Shown here: positions 58,144 to 64,000 of the stretch, in pieces
How positions within the stretch are numbered: position 1 is the stretch's first letter
Layout of the letters: each line of letters begins with the position of its first letter
NCBI RefSeq assembly: GCF_023228785.1
Contig: NZ_JALOAN010000010.1
Span: 7,198 to 71,197, forward strand
Source: Sulfurimonas sp.
Lineage (GTDB): Bacteria > Campylobacterota > Campylobacteria > Campylobacterales > Sulfurimonadaceae
DNA: 64,000 bases
Direction: 5' to 3'
Translations under genes and position numbers: made by a program
The notes under the pieces: generated by a model
What the model was told of the DNA's origin: nothing
The model's database searches: none
The model's input: only the letters and a program-made list of their open reading frames with translations

Positions 58144-59064
58144 ATGAAAATAGCACAAAATGTAACTGAGTTAATTGGAAATACTCCACTTGTAAAGATA
58201 AACAGTATCTCAAATGAGACAAATACAATCATTCTAGGTAAGTGTGAGTTTTTGAATCCTACTAGCTCTGTAAAAGATAGAATTGCTCTTGCTATGATAG
58301 ATGCAGGCATAGCTGATGGAAAGATAAATAAAGAGACTCTTATCATAGAACCAACAAGTGGAAACACTGGGATTGGTCTTGCAATGGTTTGTGCCTCAAA
58401 GGGTTTAAAACTAACTCTTACTATGCCAGAATCTATGAGCTTAGAGAGACGACAACTCCTTAGTGCTCTTGGTGCTAACATAGTTTTAACTCCAGCAGCA
58501 CTTGGGATGAAAGGTGCTATTGACAAAGCAGCAGAGCTCAATGAAGAGGACAAAAATAGTTTCATGCCTCAACAGTTCAACAACTCAGCAAATCCTGCTG
58601 TACATAAAAGCACTACTGCTCAAGAGATACTAAGAGATACAGATGGGAAGATTGATATCTTAGTAGCAGCAGTTGGAACTGGTGGCTCGTTAACTGGAAT
58701 AGGAGAAGCACTAAAAGAGAACAATCCTAACATAGAGATCATAGCAGTTGAGCCAACAAGCTCACCTGTTATTTCAGGAGGAAAAGCAGGACCTCACAAG
58801 ATCCAAGGTATCGGTGCTGGTTTTATTCCAAAGGTTTTAAATACAGAGATCATAAACGAAGTTATACAAGTAAGCGATGAAGATGCATTTGCTACTTCAA
58901 AAGCTTTAGCAAAAAATGATGGTCTTTTAGTTGGTATATCAGCCGGAGCAAATGCTCATGCTGCAAGACTTGTAGCAAGTAGAGAGCACAACAGAGGAAA
59001 AACTATAGTTACTATACTGTGTGATACGGGAGAGAGATATCTAAGTACTGCTCTGTACTCATAA
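58144..59064 (+). CDS. cysK: Cysteine synthase A
   Basis: IGNTPLV, NPTSSVKDR, EPTSGNTGIGLA, GTGGSLTG, HKIQGIGAG. Confidence 0.96.
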   Translation: MKIAQNVTELIGNTPLVKINSISNETNTIILGKCEFLNPTSSVKDRIALAMIDAGIADGKINKETLIIEPTSGNTGIGLAMVCASKGLKLTLTMPESMSLERRQLLSALGANIVLTPAALGMKGAIDKAAELNEEDKNSFMPQQFNNSANPAVHKSTTAQEILRDTDGKIDILVAAVGTGGSLTGIGEALKENNPNIEIIAVEPTSSPVISGGKAGPHKIQGIGAGFIPKVLNTEIINEVIQVSDEDAFATSKALAKNDGLLVGISAGANAHAARLVASREHNRGKTIVTILCDTGERYLSTALYS

Positions 59065-59078
59065 TTGGAAATTAAAAT

Positions 59079-60401
59079 ATGAAAAAAAACAACGACATTT
59101 TTAGACCATTTGTAGATCCAGATGTGAGTTTTTCTGAGATCTCAAAAGATATAATTGGAGTAAACAAAGAGAACTATTTTGACTATACAGCTTCAGGACT
59201 TGCATTTGGACCTATAGAGGAGAGACTTCAAGAGGTTTTAAAAACTTACGCAAACACTCACTCTGAGTTTGCAAGTGATGCAAAGACTACCTCTTTTTAC
59301 TACGACATAGCAAGAGAAAATCTTAAGCGGCATCTTGAGCTTGAGAGTGACTTTGTTTTGCTTCCTTGTGGAAGTGGAGCAACTGGAGCTATAAAGAAGT
59401 TTCAAGAACTCTTAGGGCTGTATATCCCACCAGCTACTAGATCTAGGTTTAAGATAGATCTACAGATGCAAAAACCGCTCATCATCATAGGTCCATTTGA
59501 GCATCACTCAAATGAGATAAGTTACAGAGAGGGAGTATGTGACACGCTAAGAGTTCCACTAGATCTTACTGGAAATGTAGATCTAGAGTTTTTAGCAGAT
59601 GCATTAGAGAAAAACAAAGAAAGAGAGATCATAGGTGCATTTTCTACTGCTTCAAATGTAACTGGGATCATCCCTCCTTATGAAGAGATCTCCAAACTAC
59701 TTAGAAGATATGGAGCTATTGTAGCTTTTGATAGTGCTGCATCTTCGCCATGTTTAAATGTTGATTCTAAGTTATTTGATGCCCTGTTTTTATCGCCTCA
59801 CAAACTTCTAGGCGGACCTGGCACTTGTGGGCTTTTAGCAATAAGAAAAAAACTTATAAATGATAAAGAATCCCCTACTTTTGCAGGTGGTGGAACTGTT
59901 GCTTATGTCTCGCCAGATGAGCATATTTTTAACTCCGATATTGAGATCCGAGAAGATGCAGGAACTCCTGCAATCCTTCAACTAATCAAAGCTTCTTTTG
60001 CTTATCAGCTAAGAGGCGAGATAGGTATTAAAAGGATTCAAGAGAGAAAAGTTGAGTTATTTAAGATATTAAAAGATTCACTAAAAGATGTCGGAGAACA
60101 CACAATCTACGGGCAAAATCAAGCTCATAGTAGTGTTGGCATCTTAGCCATAAACTTTCATGGAATCACACCCTATGAGCTTTGTGAGAAACTCTCACTT
60201 AACTTTGGGATCCAAACAAGAGCGGGATGCAGTTGTGCCGGACCTTACGGACACGATCTCTTTGGCATATCAAAGGTTTTAAACAAAAATGAAAAACCTA
60301 GTTGGCTCAGAATTAGTGTGAATTATACTCACAGCATAGAGAGTATAGAAAATTTAGTTAATGCTTTAAAGATATCAGTAAAAGAGTTAAAGAGCAGATA
60401 G
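59079..60401 (+). CDS. Class V PLP-dependent enzyme (cysteine desulfurase-like)
   Basis: YFDYTASG, EHHSN, SPHK (PLP Lys), EDAGTP, RAGCSCAGPY. Confidence 0.85.
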   Translation: MKKNNDIFRPFVDPDVSFSEISKDIIGVNKENYFDYTASGLAFGPIEERLQEVLKTYANTHSEFASDAKTTSFYYDIARENLKRHLELESDFVLLPCGSGATGAIKKFQELLGLYIPPATRSRFKIDLQMQKPLIIIGPFEHHSNEISYREGVCDTLRVPLDLTGNVDLEFLADALEKNKEREIIGAFSTASNVTGIIPPYEEISKLLRRYGAIVAFDSAASSPCLNVDSKLFDALFLSPHKLLGGPGTCGLLAIRKKLINDKESPTFAGGGTVAYVSPDEHIFNSDIEIREDAGTPAILQLIKASFAYQLRGEIGIKRIQERKVELFKILKDSLKDVGEHTIYGQNQAHSSVGILAINFHGITPYELCEKLSLNFGIQTRAGCSCAGPYGHDLFGISKVLNKNEKPSWLRISVNYTHSIESIENLVNALKISVKELKSR

Positions 60402-60414
60402 ATTAGAAGTATTT

Positions 60415-60445
60415 TGCACAAAGTCAGTCAAGTTAACTTTGTGCA
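60415..60445. terminator. Hairpin between convergent genes (possible bidirectional terminator)
   Basis: Perfect 10-bp stem TGCACAAAGT / ACTTTGTGCA with an 11-nt loop. Confidence 0.55.
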
Positions 60446-60469
60446 TGAGAGGTACACTTGTATAAAAGA

Positions 60470-61126
60470 TTAACCTTTTATACTAAATGCTCCTATCTCT
60501 TTTTGAAGTTTTTCAAGTTTTTTGACGAGTTGCTTGATCTCATACTCTTTAGTCTCATCTACAGTTCCGCCATGTAAAAACTCTTCTGCTGTAGACTGGA
60601 ATGCATCAACTAGCCCTTCTAGTTTTTCTTTTGCGTTATCAAATAAATCTCCAAATTCATCGGAAACACTCTCTTCTAACTTATTGATTTTTTTTGAAAT
60701 CTCATCTTTGTTTTTAAATACATAATATGCACCAACACCTGCGATAGCTGCGCCAAGTGTGAAGCCTAGTAAATTATTATTGTTCATTTTGTCCTCTTTA
60801 TTTTTTGGTTTTTCTTTAAAAAACTGTGACAATGCATTAAATGCGATAGAGGCGGTTGTTAACTTAGTAATCCCATTAGAAGCCTTGGATGTTAAAAATT
60901 GGCTCTCATTTGCTAGTCTCTTTAGTAAATCACTACTCTGCTGGGTAATGACACAAAGATTCTTTGAAAGAGTAGAAAACTCCTTTTGAGCAAGGTCAAT
61001 AAAGGTATCTAGTTTATACATGGTTTTAGTGCGCTCTACAATAGAGAAAACGACAACCGGAGTGATGATAACCATGCATACTGCAATTACTCCTACAAAC
61101 AGGAGAAGAAGTTCTTGTTCACTCAT
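60470..61126 (-). CDS. Apparent fusion of a YtxG/DUF948-like and a YtxH-like membrane protein, probably two genes
   Basis: Two TM-plus-coiled-coil modules; internal AGAGGA RBS before in-frame Met114 (ATG 60787). Confidence 0.6.
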   Translation of the reverse strand: MSEQELLLLFVGVIAVCMVIITPVVVFSIVERTKTMYKLDTFIDLAQKEFSTLSKNLCVITQQSSDLLKRLANESQFLTSKASNGITKLTTASIAFNALSQFFKEKPKNKEDKMNNNNLLGFTLGAAIAGVGAYYVFKNKDEISKKINKLEESVSDEFGDLFDNAKEKLEGLVDAFQSTAEEFLHGGTVDETKEYEIKQLVKKLEKLQKEIGAFSIKG

Positions 61127-61307
61127 TTTATAATCCTTTCACCACTACGATATAACCATTGTACTCTTATTTTTTATTAGTTTACTTGGGAATTTTGTTA
61201 GTTTTTAATCATCACTATTTTAACTCCTAAAACATATTTAGCATTGGTAGGATTCCGAGAAGCCTTACTTCTGAGAGTCTGACAACTTTAAAGTTCTACA
61301 TCTCTTT

Positions 61308-61397
61308 CTCGTTCCATCCTCTCCTGAGGTGGAATGTATATATATGCGTCACACCTCAGGAGAGGTGTGACGAGGTTGGGAGAAGTGTGACGAGGTT
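61308..61397. repeat. Inverted REP-like doublet (family C), copy 2, with a partial tandem duplication of its end
   Basis: CTCGTTCCATCCTCTCCTGAGGTGGAA ... TCACACCTCAGGAGAGGTGTGACGAG (61308-61374), then AGAAGTGTGACGAGGTT. Confidence 0.85.
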
Positions 61398-61476
61398 CCT
61401 ATAGTAAATTCACAATAACTTCACAAGAATAATGTATGATACAAAATACAAACCTTATGAGAGAGGATTTTATAAA

Positions 61477-62733
61477 ATGAAGTTATTGTTTTTACATATA
61501 TGTCTTTTTGGCTTAATACTCCAAGCAAACACCTTATCGCAAAAAGAGTGTATAGATAAGACACTCAAATATCATCCTGATATTAAAAAGCTCTCACTTA
61601 GTGTCTCAAAAACTGAGGCTATGGTTGGGATTGCAAAGGCTGATTATCTTCCTCAGATCAATGCAAGTGCACAATACAATCCAATAGACACTTTTGTTAT
61701 GCCACAAAATGGAAGCTTTAGCACCATAGAAGATGATAGCTGGCAAGCTGGTGTACAACTTAACCAAAAGCTTTATGATTTTTCTAAAACTACCTCTACA
61801 ATTAGCGCTTATGAAAAGGACAAAGAGATTGCATCCTTATCTTTGAATAATCAAAAAGCTCTTCTTGCTTATAGTGTAAAGATCCAGTACAACATTGTAC
61901 TTCTTCAAACAAAAGCACTTGAAGTAAGAAAAAAAGATCTTCAAACAAAAGAAGAGCTATACAATCAAGCAAAAGCATTTGTAAAAGAGGGTTTAAAAAC
62001 TGAGGCAGATGCACTAAGCCTTCTCAGTGCGATGTATATTGCAGAAGATAGTCTAGCTGAGATAGAATCTGAACTAAACAAAGCTCTCTCTACCCTCTCC
62101 TTATACATGGGAGAAAAAATAGACCCAAATACTACCTTTGAAGATAATAGTGTAATAAAAGAGAATAATATAGAGGATTCACACTCTCTTCTTGAGAAGA
62201 TTTTAGCAAATAACTATGAAGCCAAAAGTCAACAACAACAGATACACAGAGATGAGTTTTTATATAAAGCCTCAAAAGCCGGGCACTATGGCTCTATAGA
62301 TGCAATAGCATCATACTCGCATCAAGATACTCTAAACGAATATGATACATCCATGGTTGGTATTTCTATAAATATTCCCATATATAGTGGTGGGAGAGTG
62401 AGTGCGCAGACTCAGCAGTTTAGCATTGCAAAAGATGAGTCAAAAGAGAGTTATAACTCTAAAAAATTACTTCTTGAAGATGAGATGCAAAGACTCATTA
62501 TTGATCTTAAAAAATTCAAACACACAGTAAAAGCTAAAGAAGCGCTGTTAGAGTCTTCACAAGCAGCTAAAGAGATTGTTGAGGCTAGATACAAAGAGGG
62601 GCTTTCAACATACATAGAAGTTCTTGATGCATCTTCAACTTATCTTTTTGCTAGCTTAGGGCTTTTAGAAGCCAAATTTAGTATAAATAACATTATCAAC
62701 AGACTAGACTACTTACAAGGAATCATACAATGA
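61477..62733 (+). CDS. TolC-family outer membrane efflux protein
   Basis: Signal peptide from ATG 61477 after GAGAGG; YLPQINASA, NIPIYSGG, RYKEGLSTYIEVLDA. Confidence 0.92.
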   Translation: MKLLFLHICLFGLILQANTLSQKECIDKTLKYHPDIKKLSLSVSKTEAMVGIAKADYLPQINASAQYNPIDTFVMPQNGSFSTIEDDSWQAGVQLNQKLYDFSKTTSTISAYEKDKEIASLSLNNQKALLAYSVKIQYNIVLLQTKALEVRKKDLQTKEELYNQAKAFVKEGLKTEADALSLLSAMYIAEDSLAEIESELNKALSTLSLYMGEKIDPNTTFEDNSVIKENNIEDSHSLLEKILANNYEAKSQQQQIHRDEFLYKASKAGHYGSIDAIASYSHQDTLNEYDTSMVGISINIPIYSGGRVSAQTQQFSIAKDESKESYNSKKLLLEDEMQRLIIDLKKFKHTVKAKEALLESSQAAKEIVEARYKEGLSTYIEVLDASSTYLFASLGLLEAKFSINNIINRLDYLQGIIQ

Positions 62734-63875
62734 GTGCATGGATAAAATATAGTATTGGTGCGATAGTTATTGCTTTAGGAATTATTGTTTTTTACAACAA
62801 AGTATATGTAACAAAATCAACTTTTAGCACGACTAAGCCTGTTTATGGGGATCTGTTTGTAAGTGTTAAAGGGATTGGAAATGTGGATGCAAAGAACATC
62901 TATACTATTACTGCACAGAGTGGAGGAAAGATAGAAAAGATCTTCTTTGATGAGGGAGAATGGGTAAAAAAGGGAGATCTACTACTAAGTATTGACCCTG
63001 TAGATTTGCCTATGCTCTTAGATGAGCAAAGAGTAGCACTTAAAAAAGCTACACATGAAGTTCACACTTCACAAAGTAATCTTGAGAGCCTAGAAGCTCA
63101 AGAGTCACTTATCTTGGTCACTAATAACCGATATAAAAAATTACTAGAAGATAGATACGCAACTCAAGCAGAGTTTGACAAAGCCCATAGCGATTTACAA
63201 AATATGCGCGCGCAAATGGATTCTGCAAAAGCAAAGATAGCATCTGCAAAACTAGAAATCCAGAGACTTGCTAAAACTATAGAGGCTACAGAAGAGAAGC
63301 TAAAAAGACTCAAAATCTACGCTCCAAGTGATGGATATATAGTTTCAAAAGATGCGGAGCTAGCACAATATGTTTTGCCATCAACTCCTATCTTTAAAAT
63401 AGTAGATCCAAAAACACTCTGGGTTGTAGTAAATGTAGATGAGAGACTAGCTCATAATATAAAACTCGGTCAAGATGCATCTATAGTGTTAAGATCCAAA
63501 CCAGATGAAAAACTTCAAGGTGTAGTAGAGAGAGTTGTGGCGATTAGTAATGCTGTAACACTTGAGAGAGAGATTGCAGTAGCATTTAGTGTCACTCCAA
63601 GTAAGTTTTATATAAACGAACAAGCAGAGGTAAATATAAAAACAGCAAAGCATGAAAATGTTTTAAAAGTTCCCCTCACTATTATGCGTACAAAAGAGTC
63701 TAAAAAAGGTCTTTGGGTTGTAAAAGAAAATAAAGCATACTTTACTCCTGTTACTGTTTTAGCACAAAATGATGATGAAGTTGCCATCTCTAGTGGCATT
63801 AGTGTTGATAGTGAGCTTCTTATTCATAAAAATTCAAACAAACCACTTAGCGATGGTATGAAGATATTTAGATGA
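62730..63875 (+). CDS. Efflux periplasmic adaptor (MacA/HlyD-type membrane fusion protein)
   Basis: N-terminal TM, ITAQSGGKIE...EGEWVKKGDLL, coiled coil, IYAPSDG. Confidence 0.92.
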   Translation: MSAWIKYSIGAIVIALGIIVFYNKVYVTKSTFSTTKPVYGDLFVSVKGIGNVDAKNIYTITAQSGGKIEKIFFDEGEWVKKGDLLLSIDPVDLPMLLDEQRVALKKATHEVHTSQSNLESLEAQESLILVTNNRYKKLLEDRYATQAEFDKAHSDLQNMRAQMDSAKAKIASAKLEIQRLAKTIEATEEKLKRLKIYAPSDGYIVSKDAELAQYVLPSTPIFKIVDPKTLWVVVNVDERLAHNIKLGQDASIVLRSKPDEKLQGVVERVVAISNAVTLEREIAVAFSVTPSKFYINEQAEVNIKTAKHENVLKVPLTIMRTKESKKGLWVVKENKAYFTPVTVLAQNDDEVAISSGISVDSELLIHKNSNKPLSDGMKIFR

Positions 63876-64000
63876 TTAATTTAGCCGCAAGAGATATAAA
63901 ACACACTCTTGGAAAGTTTATTGTAACTGCTATGGGGGTTGGTATGCTCCTTGGAATTGTTCTTATTATGATTGGTGTTTACCGTGGGATGATGGTTGAG
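63872..64000 (+). CDS. ABC transporter permease (MacB/FtsX-like), 5' partial
   Basis: ATGA overlap with the MFP stop; MINLAARDIKHTLGKFIVTAMGVGMLLGIVLIMIGVYRG; runs off the window end. Confidence 0.8.
   Translation, partial: MINLAARDIKHTLGKFIVTAMGVGMLLGIVLIMIGVYRGMMVE

Noticed and set aside
61163-61227. Minus-strand GGAG RBS + GTG/ATG upstream of the ytxG-like gene
   Set aside because: Frame closes after five codons (GTG ATG ATT AAA AAC TAA); adding one A gives only a short peptide I cannot recognise

Overview
AT-rich chromosomal window from a Campylobacterota bacterium. It looks Sulfurimonas-like; this is inferred from gene order such as dusB-dksA-rlmH-thiE-accD, murF-ddl-ruvA-fapA-murJ-cysS and folD-lepB-S2P-rpiB-apt-trpB. 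It is mostly housekeeping: about 55 CDS (gltBD, nspC/CASDH polyamine pair, ribB fusion, proB, pepA, ychF, pyrD, adk, rrf2-cysK-PLP enzyme, TolC/MFP/ABC efflux start) and four tRNAs (2x fMet, 2x Gln-UUG). I see no transposase, integrase, cas gene or prophage. The unusual content is intergenic, where at least four unrelated structured DNA/RNA elements occur. (1) A 132-133 bp five-hairpin element in two copies with compensatory base changes, downstream of ychF and between rrf2 and cysK. (2) A CGTC-tagged REP family with two stem variants sharing a CTTGA loop, at three loci, each with tandem amplifications next to the tag, one beside a 13x octamer microsatellite. (3) A second inverted REP-like doublet in two copies. 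(4) A single 163-bp branched structure between the M16 peptidase gene and adk. Also seen: a dctM split and a ytxG/ytxH-like fusion each explainable by one missing homopolymer base, an unannotated 33-aa membrane peptide, and sigma28/sigma54 promoter matches pointing to uncharacterised flagellar-regulon genes. Product calls come from motif recognition only; no database searches were run.
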